The notes under the pieces were generated by a model. It was not told the origin of the DNA. It saw only the letters and a list, made by a program, of their open reading frames with translations, and made no database searches. A stretch of 64,000 nucleotides of DNA from Ylistrum balloti (Eukaryota), in assembly GCF_031769215.1 (NCBI RefSeq), contig NW_026782645.1:310001-374000 (forward strand). The letters run 5' to 3'. Below are positions 23,682 to 35,845 of the stretch, one piece after another. Numbering within the stretch: the first letter of the stretch is position 1; every line of letters begins with the position of its first letter. The translations under genes were made by a program, and so were the position numbers.

Positions 23682-26600
23682 CGTTCCACTGTTCACGTTC
23701 TTCCCACTGTCCACGTTGTTCCACTGTCCACGTTGTTCCACTGTTCACACTGTTCCACTGTTCACGTTGATCCCACTGTTCACGTTCTTCCCACTGTTCA
23801 CGTTGTTCCCACTGTTCACGTTGTTCCACTGTCCACGTTGTTCCACTGTTCAGGTTGTTCCATTGTTCACGTTGTTCCCACTGTCCACGTTGTTTCACTG
23901 TTCACGTTCTTCCCACTGTCCACGTTGTTCCAATGTCCACGTTGTTCCCACTGTTCTCTTTGTTCCACTGTCCACGTTGTTCCCACTGTCCACGTTGTTC
24001 CACTGTCCACATCGTTCCATTGTCCACATTGTTCCACTGTCCACGTTGTTCCCACTGTTCACGTTCTTCCCACTGTCCACGTTGTTCCACTGTTCACGTT
24101 GTTACCACTGTCCACGTTGTTCCACTGTTCACGTTCTTCCCACTGTCCACGTTGTTCCACTGTTCACGTTGTTTCCACTGTTCACGTTCTTCCCACTGTT
24201 CACGTTCTTCCCACTGTTCACGTTGTTCCCACTGTTCACGTTGTTCCACTGTCCACGTTGTTCCACTCTCCACGTTGTTCCACTGTTCAGGTTGTTCCAT
24301 TGTTCACGTTGTTCCCACTGTCCACGTTGTTTCACTGTTCACGTTCTTCCCACTGTCCACGTTGTTCCAATGTCCACGTTGTTCCCACTGTTCTCTTTGT
24401 TCCACTGTCCACGTTGTTCCCACTGTCCACGTTGTTCCACTGTCCACATCGTTCCATTGTCCACATTGTTCCACTGTCCACGTTGTTCCCACTGTTCACG
24501 TTCTTCCCACTGTCCATGTTGTTCCACTGTTCACGTTGTTACCACTGTCCACGTTGTTCCACTGTTCACGTTGTTCCACTGTTTCACTGTTCACGTTGTT
24601 CCCACTGTCAACGTTGTTCCCACTGTTCACGTTGTTCCACTCTCCACGTTGTTCCACTGTCAACGTTGTTCCCACTGTCCACGCTGTTCCAATGTCCACG
24701 TTGTTCCACTGTCCACATCGTTCCATTGTCCACATTGTTCCACTGTCCACGTTGTTCCCACTGTCCACGTTGTTCCCACTGTCCACGTTGTTCCACTGTC
24801 CACGTTATTCCCACTGTCCACGTTGTTCCTACTGTTCACGTTGTTCCATTGTTCACGTTGTTCCCACTGTCCACGTTGTTCCCACTGTTCACGTAGTTCC
24901 ACTGTCCACGTTGCTCCACTGTTCACGTTGTTCCCAATGTCCACGTAGTTCCACTGTCCACGTTGCTCCACTGTTCACGTTGTTCCCACTGTCCACGTTG
25001 TTCCAATGTCCACGTCGTCCACGTTGTTCCACGCTGTTCACGTTGTTTCCACTGTTCACGTTGTTCCATTGTTCACGTTGTTCCCACTGTTCAGGTTGTT
25101 CCCACTGTTCACGTTGTTTCCACTGTCCACGTTGTTCCACTATCCACTTTGTTCCACTGTCCACGTTGTTCCACTGTCCACGTTATTCCCACTGTCCACG
25201 TTGTTCCCACTGTTCACGTTTTTCCACTGTCCACATTGTTCCATTGTCCACGTTGTTCCACTGTTCATATTGTTCGACTGTCCACGTTGTTCCCACTGTC
25301 CTCGTTATTTCCAAGTTCCACGTTGTTCCACTGTCCACGTTGTTCCCACTGTCCACGTTGTTCCCACTGTTCACGTTGTTCCCAGTGTTCACGTTGTTCC
25401 CACTGTCAACGTTGTTCCCACTGTTCACGTTGTTCCACTGTCCACGTTGTTCCACTGTCAACGTTGTTCCCACTGTCCACGCTGTTCCAATGTCCACGTT
25501 GTTCCACTGTCCACATCGTTCCATTGTCCACATTGTTCCACTGTCCACGTTGTTCCCACTGTTCACGTAGTTCCACTGTCCACGTTGCTCCACTGTTCAC
25601 GTTGTTCCCACTGTCCACGTTGTTCCAATGTCCACGTAGTTCCACTGTCCACGTTGCTCCACTGTTCACGTTGTTCCCACTGTCCACGTTGTTCCAATGT
25701 CCACGTAGTTCCACTGTCCACGTTGCTCCACTGTTCACGTTGTTCCCACTGTCCACGTTGTTCCAATGTCCACGTAGTTCCACTGTCCACGTTGCTCCAC
25801 TGTTCACGTTGTTCCCACTGTCCACGTTGTTCCAATGTCCACGTAGTTCCACTGTCCACGTTGCTCCACTGTTCACGTTGTTCCCACTGTCCACGTTGTT
25901 CCAATGTCCACGTAGTTCCACTGTCCACGTTGCTCCACTGTTCACGTTGTTCCCAATGTCCACGTAGTTCCACTGTCCACGTTGCTCCACTGTTCACGTT
26001 GTTCCCACTGTCCACGTTGTTCCAATGTCCACGTCGTTCCGCTGTTCACGTTGTTTCCACTGTTCACGTTGTTCCATTGTTCACGTTGTTCCCACTGTTC
26101 AGGTTGTTCCCACTGTTCACGTTGTTTCCACTGTCCACGTTGTTCCACTATCCACTTTGTTCCACTGTCCACGTTGTTCCACTGTCCACGTTATTCCCAC
26201 TGTCCACGTTGTTCCCACTGTTCACGTTTTTCCACTGTCCACATTGTTCCATTGTCCACGTTGTTCCACTGTTCATATTGTTCGACTGTCCACGTTGTTC
26301 CCACTGTCCTCGTTATTTCCAAGTTCCACGTTGTTCCACTGTCCACGTTGTTCCCACTGTCCACGTTGTTCCCACTGTTCACGTTGTTCCCAGTGTTCAC
26401 GTTGTTCCCACTGTCAACGTTGTTCCCACTGTTCACGTTGTTCCACTGTCCACGTTGTTCCACTGTCAACGTTGTTCCCACTGTCCACGCTGTTCCAATG
26501 TCCACGTTGTTCCACTGTCCACATCGTTCCATTGTCCACATTGTTCCACTGTCCACGTTGTTCCACTGTCCACGTTGTTCCCACTGTCCACGTTGCTCCA

Positions 26601-26695
26601 CTGTCCACGTGGTTTAACTGTTCACGTTGTTCCATTGTCCACATCGTCCCGCTGTCCACGTTGTTCCCACTGTCCACATCGTTCCATAGTTCGTA
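23682..26695. repeat. Complex short-period satellite (ccactgt/tcacgttgttc subunits) with internal block duplications, between the divergent innexins 1 and 2
   Basis: Near-identical ORF-track peptides recur at offsets of 437 nt and 1008 nt. Confidence 0.96.
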
Positions 26696-27724
26696 GGAAA
26701 CTGAGTGAAGTCAAAATTTGTTGATAACTAGATGGGGAGTTTATTAAACCCAAAATTCGATAAAAATATTTTTTTATGTTTTTTTTTTTAAACCAAGACA
26801 CTGTTTAAAGCATTCTATGATAGAGTCATCTTTAGAACTCACGCAACTAAATCAGCCAATGAGAAACTAGGATTCTCTACCTAAGTTAAAATTTGGTAAA
26901 AGATTTTGCTCTCTCTGTGGTTTGAAATGATAACTGGTGACATTTGAACGAAATCTTCACGTTTGTTTTATTTGTGTTTATGAAAATGTATTATAACAAA
27001 TTTAATGTATGTGGGTCGGATTTTGACATGTGTAAAATGTCGGGATTTCCCCCCGAAGTGGGTAGTTAGTTTCACATGTAAACTTCGGTTGTTGATATGC
27101 GATGGCTTTTGGGCAGCCTTTCTCACTTGATCAAAGGACCAACATAAAGGTCCAAAGTATAGTATCAATGAATCAGTGTTATCTGTTTGTCCTCAGCCCT
27201 TGAGGAATTACACAGGATATAGTCAAGTGCTGCAGGGCTCTTTACTTTAAGGAAACCTTACCACCCGTAGTCCTGTTATAGCAAGGAATGACAAAATTGG
27301 ATGTGTTTTATAAGCAGATAAACAGTATCTTTAGACACGTCCCAAAGTATTGTAGGTGGATAATTACGTGCCCTTAATAAAAAAATTTCTTCTTAAAAGC
27401 AATTTGGAATTAGACACGCTCTTTGACATGCATTTTTGTCTCATTGAAAAGGGATAAAAATGCCGTTTTTGCTTAACCATTCGTAGTCAATTACATGGTA
27501 TTAAGGTTATTCTAGTATCCGGGTTGTATTCCATAAGATATTAAGTTAGGAATGCGCGCGAGGCACGTTAGCAAGTCTCCATTAGAATTATGAATGAATT
27601 GACTATAAAAATAAATATGAGTTAAATAAGTTTGGGGAGGAAAATACGTAAAAACAATATTTTAATGATAAACTTAACTAAATTATGTTATTGACACAAA
27701 ATATATTACCAGTAAAGTTGACGT

Positions 27725-27732
27725 TATAAATA
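27725..27732 (+). promoter_or_regulatory. Candidate TATA box for innexin 2
   Basis: TATAAATA about 180 nt upstream of the predicted start codon. Confidence 0.35.
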
Positions 27733-27904
27733 CGAAATGGCTAACACAACCGATTCCCGTATCCAGCCACACTGTTCTTTCTGTCTGTCATGTGACAATG
27801 CTGATAACGATAACAAAAATGTTTACATGCACTATAACGTGGCTAGATAGGAGAACATCACTACTCCTTGTATCGATGGAACAGGAGTGTTTCCACTAGC
27901 AGCT

Positions 27905-27912
27905 ATGGGGTC
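27905..27912 (+). CDS. inx: Innexin 2 first coding exon (ATG GGG TC; MGS)
   Basis: ATGGGGTC|GTAAGT, phase 2; gives MGSFED, like the MGFFDD/MGFLED starts of the paralogues. Confidence 0.78.
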
Positions 27913-28441
27913 GTAAGTCATTATCATTTCTAACAGTACAGTCGCTATAAAATTCCATTTCTGCAACTTCTGTCTGTGCTTCTGCGTTTTGAGTAGTTTT
28001 CTGGGTATATCTGATACATATTTATTGGCATTTATGTTTTTTTTCATTATTTACCGTTCATGTTTGTTCCTTTTAAAAGTTAAAAACGCGAAAGTAGAAA
28101 GTTAAGGTAAGTGAAAGAATTTTCGAAACTGCTAAAGCGAATTGCCATGAGTCGCTGTTTCAAGTTTTGATTCTCAAATATTACAGAATTTTTATACCGG
28201 AATATATACGTTGTATATATATGGTATTGTTTGATATAAAGCACTATTCTTTACATTTTATCAACATTGTTATAAATGCATAATTTTCTGTCACAAGGAC
28301 GTCAAATAGTCTTTCGGTAAGAAAATGAATTTGATTTCCAATTTCAATGTTTCATTAATAAGTATGTTTAACTCTACGTGTAGTCTGTTTCACTCTTTAT
28401 TTATTTATTTTTTTGTTGAAAATTTGATTTTTAAATTTTAG

Positions 28442-29603
28442 ATTCGAGGATGCATGCACAGCGATTGAACGTGATAGGGACAACAGGGCCAATAACAGAA
28501 TTGGGGAATTTTTCATCCAGCATCTTAATAGTAGCTATTGTTCTGTCCTGTTTGTTCTTGCGACAACAGCGGTGGTGGCTAAGGAAGTATTTGGCGAGCA
28601 GATCAAATGTTGGTGCCCGGATCAATTTACTGATAAACAGGTTGAATTTACAAACAACTACTGTTACGTCAGAAATACCTATTATGTATCATCTCGACAA
28701 ACCATTTCACCTTATCCCGAAGACAGAAAAGTCTACGAGATATATTACTATCCTTGGGTGCCCGTCGTTCTTTTTACTCAATGTGTACTTTTTGTTATTC
28801 CAAAATGGACGTGGATGCAGCTACAGACATTTTCAAGTTTTAGTTTCGTATCTAGAACTACAAAGAATCGAAACATCATGAATGCGGACGATCACACAAA
28901 TATCGCTCATTCTGTGAACAAATGGATTTTAATTCGTATGCAGAAAAAGAAACAGGGAATTCGTTTACGAAAACAAGCGTACAGCTTCGAGATTTCACGG
29001 GAGAGTTACCTTGCAAAAACCTATGTATTCTGCTGTTTCTTGTATGTTCTTAATTCTATCGGACAATTATTCTTACTGGACAAATTTTTAGGTAATCATT
29101 TTTTGTCTCTAGGAACTGATATCGTGTTTAAGAGAAAATACGAAGAGCACCGACCAGGGATGTTGCGTTTTCCAACTGTGACGTTTTGTGACACTTTCGT
29201 CCGACGTATGATCAATATTCAAACATACACCGTGCAATGCTCGCTCCCAAATAATTTGTTCAACGAAATTATTTTTATTTTGACGTGGTTTTTGCTCGTC
29301 CTTCTATCAATAGTGAACATAGTCAGTTTGGTCGACCATTTTGCTATTTTCCTTCGACGACGTAGAAAGATGTTTATCAGAAAATGTCTACTACTCAGCG
29401 AAAACCAGGGTAGTACCCACAAATATGTCGGAAATGATAGCGAACTATTTGACGACTTTTTGGACAACTATCTCGGTGTGGATGGAGTGTTTGTGATATC
29501 GTTAGTCAGTTATCAGCTTGGAGCAGTTTACTCCAGCATTCTCGTGGAAAATATCTGGGATAGTTTTAATGAGCATAAAAACAATGACGAGAAAACGAGC
29601 TAA
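28442..29603 (+). CDS. inx: Innexin 2 (divergent), main exon; predicted 389 aa
   Basis: Frame open from the ttttag acceptor (28441): FEDAC...EFFIQHLN, FGEQIKCWCP, NNYCY, YYPWVP, FPTVTFCD, QCSLPNNLFNEI, LGVDGVFVI. Confidence 0.93.
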
Positions 29604-29940
29604 TGATTACCAACGGTACCAAACGTTGAACTTTTGAGAGTGAAGATTAAAAATTCGAACATTCTTTTACATGTTTACGTAAATGGAATTTATGTATTGA
29701 AGTGATAGCGTCTCCGCCATGTTCATGGTTCGAACCAAGTGTTTCTCAGAAAGCGGAGATGTATATTGTCATACTGTGGTGTCATGGTTTACATTCGTTC
29801 TTTAAAAAATGATAGAGATATGAAAATTAGGAAATTTATTGAATTATAGGGCTAGAGTACATCCCAATCTAGATCCTGACATTTCTTTCGATCACAATTA
29901 AATGTTCTCATTTGCCTCCCAGGCCTCAAAAATTAGGCAC

Positions 29941-30795
29941 TTAGTATCACTGATGAGTCTTAGAAGGACGAGACAGCTGTATGATGTAGCATCACTGACG
30001 AGTACTAGAAGGACTAGACAGCTGTATGATGTAGCATCACTGACGAGTCCTAGAAGGACTAGACAGCTGTATGATGTAACATCACTGATGAGTTCTAGAA
30101 GGACGGAACAGCCGTATGATGTAGCATCATTGATGAGTCTTTGAAAGACGAGACAGCTGTATGATGTAGTATTACTGACGAGTCCTAGAAGGATGAAACA
30201 GCTGTATGATGTAACATCACTGATGAGTTCTAGAAGGACGGAACAGCTGTATGATGTAGCATCATTGATGAGTCTTTGAAAGACGAGACAGCTGTATGAT
30301 GTAGTATTACTGACGAGTCCTAGAAGGATGAAACAGCTGTATGATGTAGTATTACTGACGGGTCCTAGAAGGACAGAACAGCTGTATGATGTAGTATTAC
30401 TGACGAATCCTAGAAGGACGGAACAGCTGTATGATGTAGTATTACTGACGAGTCCTAGAAGGACTAGACAGCTGTATGATGTAGTTTTACTGACGAGGCC
30501 TAGAAGGATGAAACAGCTGTATGATGTAGTATTACTGACGGGTCCTAGAAGGACGGAACAGCTGTATGATGTAGTATTACTGACGAGTCCTAGAAGGACT
30601 AGACAGCTGTATGATGTAGTATTACTGACGAGGCCTAGAAGGATGAAACAGCTGTATGATGTAGTATTACTGACGGGTCCTAGAAGGACGGAACAGCTGT
30701 ATGATGTAGTATTACTGACGAGTCCTAGAAGGACGGAACAGCTGTATGATGTAGTATTACTGACGAGTCCTAGAAGGACGGAACAGCTGTACGAC
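29941..30795 (+). ncRNA. Tandem array of 19 x 45-nt minimal hammerhead ribozyme motifs (array 1), mostly core-mutated
   Basis: Unit consensus YATYA CTGAYGA GTCC TAGAA GGAC GRRAC AGCT GTA TGATG TAG; cores every 45 nt from 29950 to 30760. Confidence 0.88.
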
Positions 30796-31799
30796 GCTGT
30801 TTACTTTATTGTTTGGTTTTTTTTTTTTATCAAATTGTAAATTAATATTAAAAGGCACGATTCACTTGTGTGGTTTTTTCAATCTTATGTCATTGGACAA
30901 GACTGGTTGGATGGTATTTCGTTTCAATTTTCCGCTTGTAGGTAATGATAGCTTTCTTCTAAAACAACATTTTTTCATAAAACAGAAAAGCAGTTTGCAA
31001 GTGTTCATTCGTATTATTCTTTTTCACACTTAAACTTTCAGATAAAGGGATGAACGTCGAAATCAGGACTAAAGGGAAGTAACTCTTACATGTAAAATTA
31101 CCACATATTTGTCTGTTGCGGAATGCGAAGAAAAAGAACTCAAATTTCAATTAAAACATAGAGACAGTATCATTTTGTAATTAATATTTCCTTAATTAGC
31201 TTGGCATTTGGATTGTGATTGACTAGACTGAATAAAAAAAATAACAAAACAAAGAACTGAAGTACATAATTGTTCCAATACATTTTATATTACAACAAAC
31301 GATACAATCATGTCTATTAGATATTCAAAATATAACATTCAGCACCTACAAGTCAACACGGGGGTTGACAAAAATGACTTCAGTAACTTGAAGTGAAGTA
31401 CTTATCATATCAATTTTATCTATATATTGAAAACAATTAACTTAAGCAATTTTCTATCGTGAAGGATTTTCGGATTTTTGTGTTTTTGTTTTATTGCATA
31501 CATGATAATTACAGTATTAATTGAATGCTCTGATCAGTGCTTTTTAATGTGTATGTCGCTTATTTTCATTCTTCTTTCTCGAGGTACATGCATGTAGTAC
31601 CAAATAAATAGGCATATAGAGGCAAAAACATGCCTGTGTCCATCAACTTTTATATTTAGTAAAATTACTGGACAGAATTCGACGCTCAAGAAAAAATCTA
31701 TCTATATATATGTATATAGTCTTGTAAGCCTAGAACATAAATTGTCTATTTTTGATATAGGTAAACATCAATCACATAATATATGAATAAGCAACCCTT

Positions 31800-31950
31800 A
31801 GTCTTTCTCTGTCTTTTTCTCTCCCTTTCTCTCTCTCTGTCTTTCTTTCTCCCCTTCTCTCTTTGTCTTTCTTTCTCCACCTCTCTATCTGTCTTTCTCT
31901 CTCCGTCAGTCTGTCTGTCCGTCTGTCTGTCTGTCGCTCTCCCCCTCTCT
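31800..31950. repeat. CT/CTGT microsatellite tract
   Basis: Pyrimidine-rich (ct)n/(ctgt)n. Confidence 0.85.
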
Positions 31951-33261
31951 CAAATAATATGTTTGAATTACATTATAAAAGCTTAATATATATACGAAAA
32001 CGTTTACAAACAAAATTTAAGAATTTCAACACAAACGGCAGGATTTTAATTGCTAAGCGATGTTATATAATGTTTACAATGACAGAATATTTTGGACATA
32101 ATGCAGTAACGGATTTTATTGTAATCGTTTTGGTTTTTAATTGTTTAGCAATGGTATACATGTTAAATTGACATACAACATAATTACTTCACTTTTAGTT
32201 AAGTTCTCACTTGGTTGAGTTAAGAGTTCACGGAGACCACGAAATCCCTACATCTTTCTGTAAAATGTCAGTTAACTATTGTCTTCAGTTGACGTTCACG
32301 CCGAGGAATTAGGAATGAAACCAGTAGATAGGAATTACTGAAAAAATACGGCTTGCATTCGTGTGTAGTTTGACATAAGTCTGGCTCAATTAGACTCTTG
32401 TCTGCCAACAGAGAATTATGAAGCGATCAAGCCTCTGAGTGAATGAGTTTAGGTTGGCATAAGTTAATTTCTCTAACACAAATCGCAGATATAATATTTT
32501 AACGACGTGTTCAGAAGATGTACACAAAAAATCCGATGTTGTAAACAAGGATATTTGGTCTACCTAAGGTAAATCAATGGTTTAGTACGCTTAAGTCACA
32601 ATTTTTGTAGCTGTGGAATTCTAAGGTTCGTTACATTATGGTCCAGTTTTATACACATAAGAGTAATTATCACAGCAGTGGTTTCAATCTTTTCGAACAC
32701 GAAATAGAACAAATATTTATAACATTTCTGCCTTGTACACACGACTTCAAAATTTTTGCACTTTTTCACTTCAAACAAAGATACCTTGTTATGAAATATG
32801 AAAAAAGAGACTTTGGCAAAAGAATTATCATAAACATTTAGAGTAAATTAGAAGAAGTGTGCCTAGTGTTCAGACGGAAGATATAAACGTAACCGTTACC
32901 GCTTTCTACTGGATATTACGTCGACCAAGAGTTGAGTCCATTCCACTGCTACAAACAGGAACACTGGGAAAATGGTCTGTGGCCCGACGCCATCTTTACG
33001 AACTGTTTCAATCGTGTGATAAAATATCAGCTATATTTTGCGTCGTTAATGTCGGGGTTTAAATTGTTATATGTCACTAGTTTCAAAACCTTTATAATAA
33101 AAAGGCACTTCAGACAGTAAGCCAATTAAAAGAATATAAAAAAAACATTTTTGCACGTCGATAGAATAAATCATTTAGGTGATAATGAGTATAGACGAGC
33201 ACTTCCGGTAAGGAAATGGCAAATATGGGTTATTAAACATGTTGTGATAGTTAATGGCTGT

Positions 33262-34456
33262 TCATGTTTCTGAATCCAGGGACAAAAATGTCTTCACATG
33301 TGGTTTGTCGCAGTAGTCCTTCCAGAGTTTGGCTACAATCTCTGACGCCACAACTGGGCTTGTGTTGTGACTGATCAACCAGATGAGAAAGACGCCATCT
33401 TGTCTCAAGTACTTGTCAACAAATTTCACCTGAACATCACTAAGTCTACTGCTGTGACGCAGTTCCGGTGCAAGCTGTTCGTCATCAATGTATTTCCGGA
33501 TGTATTCGTTTTTCCGCCGCGGGAAGAAAAGCATAGCAAAGTTGTATACAAAATTTACGATGTTTACAATTGACATTATCACCAGCAGGAACCACAGGAT
33601 GATAAACATCTTCTCATTAAACAGATTGATCGGTAAGGAACACTGAACGGTCCATCGTTGGACATTTTGGAGTTGTCGAATGTTGAAATCACAAAATGTA
33701 ACACGAGGAAATCTCCTCAAGTCTTCCCATTTCTGATTAGTTGATACGCCTTTCACAAAGTCTGGACCCAGATTCAAAAAGTCATTGCCCATCAGAGCAT
33801 CTACCAGGAACAATTGCCCAATAGTGTTCGCCGTGTACAGACCGCATGTTATCAAGTAGATCAAAGTCAGATAATTTCCGAAGTGTATTCCACGATGCCC
33901 CATGCTTTCCTTAAGTGCTTGTATACGCTGGTATGCGGAACTTCTCCCGTCTCTGATTTCAATCCATTTATCTATATAGGACGCAATATCAATCATTCTC
34001 TCAGCGCGTTTCTCTGGGCCTAGATACGTTGCATCACTAGCAAGATTCAGAGTCTTCTTAATGTTTATGCCAGACTTGGGGTAAAATCCTTTCCAGAAGA
34101 TTTTTGGGCAGTAGAAGAGGAACGCCATGAGAACGAAGATAAGAGGGACCCACTGGTAATACATTATTTCTGTATCTTGTCTTTCGTCGTCCTCCACCGG
34201 TAGTATTTCATCAAAAGGGACACCATATGTGTTCTTTATCCAGCAGTAACTGTTGGCATACGACACGTGAAATTTGGCGAACTCGGCAGGACACCAGCAT
34301 TGGATGGGTTCACCGACATATTGCTTTGCGCACACCAACAGCGCAAGTATGATCAGAGAAACGACACAGAACTTCCGGTTCAGGACGTGTATAGATGTAT
34401 CGTCACTCAGTGTAGTTCTGATGACGGAAGTACTCTGCTTTGTTACGTCTTCAAGG
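33262..34456 (-). CDS. inx: Innexin 3, main exon; predicted 400 aa
   Basis: KQYVGEPIQCWCP, NSYCWI, YYQWVP, FPRVTFCDF, QCSLPINLFNEK, YLRQDGVFL; gttcacag acceptor at 34457, phase 2. Confidence 0.96.
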
Positions 34457-35695
34457 CTGTGAACATATAACGATAATTTTACATTAGAACTTCTATCTCT
34501 AGCTATCAAGACATTTGATTAACGTTAAATGAATATTACACATTATTTCACAAACTTACAAAATTTCCTAAACATGATATGTCTATAACATTTTCCCTTT
34601 CTTGCGCAAAACGTCAGAATGATGAACCTAACCGAGGACAAATGTTTTCTTTCCGCCTCTCGGGCTAGCTGATATTTGTAACAACCAGGTAATCGTTCGC
34701 GCGCTTGAATGGAGACGGAAAACGGAAATATCTATTCTTAATTAAAACTTAAAGCTGTGGCCGCCAAGAAGAATTTTTTAGTATAAACAACCATAAAACA
34801 TTGTTTTGTTCGAAAGTAAGACGGGCATATATATAAGGCATGCATTCTACATAAACTAGCGTGCTGACGATAAACTATGGAAATTGTTCACAAGTTCGAA
34901 GTCAATCTTTCCACAGTCGTTTTTATTATCTTTGTGACTCGCATACTTTTCATTACTGTGTAAATGACCCTTGAACGATCACGATGCGGCCATATAAGGT
35001 GTGAATGGCCCGGTGAAGTTTAACAGGGCAATTGTTGGTAGCTAAACCGAGAACACAGGGACATGCAAATTAATAACGATTTCGCTTGTTTGTGGTTTTT
35101 GCGATAGTGTTTTCACCTAAATACTGAAGAAGAGTGGTTCAATTTTACTTCTCAGTCTAATCTCCATAGCAACCAAAATGATGACGTACTTGTGTTGATT
35201 TTGCTACACTATATCTGGTTCCCTCTGTCCCTGTCCGAATTTTCATACACCGAGATGTAGATTTCGCATGAAAAATAAATTCTTAATTATCAAAAGTAAA
35301 AAATGTGTTTAAAACTCTCCAATAAGTTGGAGTATTTTTGAAACAGTTTTTAGCGTTTATTTATTTTAAATATTAAACTAAAATAGTTTAAGTCGTCACA
35401 TCAGGCGTTTATTAGTGTTTGTGTGTAAGGGTTCGGGTTGGAGAAAGTCATCGCTGTATACGAATGTAGTACCAGTTTACATAAAGCTGATATTTATCGC
35501 TCTTCTATCCTTAGCGTTTCTCAGTTTAAAGACTGACAAAAAAAAAAAAAAAAATATCGCACCGGGGTTCTTAAACAGGTGATTAATATTTATGATAGTG
35601 AGTCCTACTGTCACGTGTCCGTTTCAGAATGAAAACATTTCCAGTTCAACAATGAACGTAAGTATGATACAAATTATTTAAAACCACAATATATA

Positions 35696-35845
35696 CAGCT
35701 GAACCTCGTTATCCTGAACTCGTTTGAATATTTCGTCGGCCCCTGCCTTACTTTTCACAAAACATTAGACCTCACTTAAATCGAATAATCTGTCACTCGA
35801 ATTTCACTATGATCCAACTGAGTTCGAGATCACGAGGTTCGAATG
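35696..35845. mobile_element. MITE with the same terminal repeats
   Basis: TA|CAGCTGAACCTCGTTATC ... GATCACGAGGTTCGAATG|TG. Confidence 0.8.

Noticed and set aside
23490-26724. Cys/His-rich ORFs of 400-570 aa
   Set aside because: Translations of a low-complexity satellite, open in several frames at once
28100-28112. Strong AAG|GTAAGT donor inside the innexin 2 intron
   Set aside because: Both upstream ATGs (28034, 28060) hit stops before it; cannot supply a start codon
29941-30795. CRISPR-like or coding (QLYDVVLLTSPRRTE) interpretation of the 45-bp arrays
   Set aside because: No unique spacers or cas genes and the DNA is eukaryotic; stops interrupt the frames and the RNA-level motif explains the sequence better
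34503-34575. Alternative innexin 3 start MFRKF via a 57-nt intron, or the TTG start given by the ORF track
   Set aside because: Intron is very short, and the acceptor at 34457 with the 44082-44089 exon aligns exactly with the innexin 4 N-terminus
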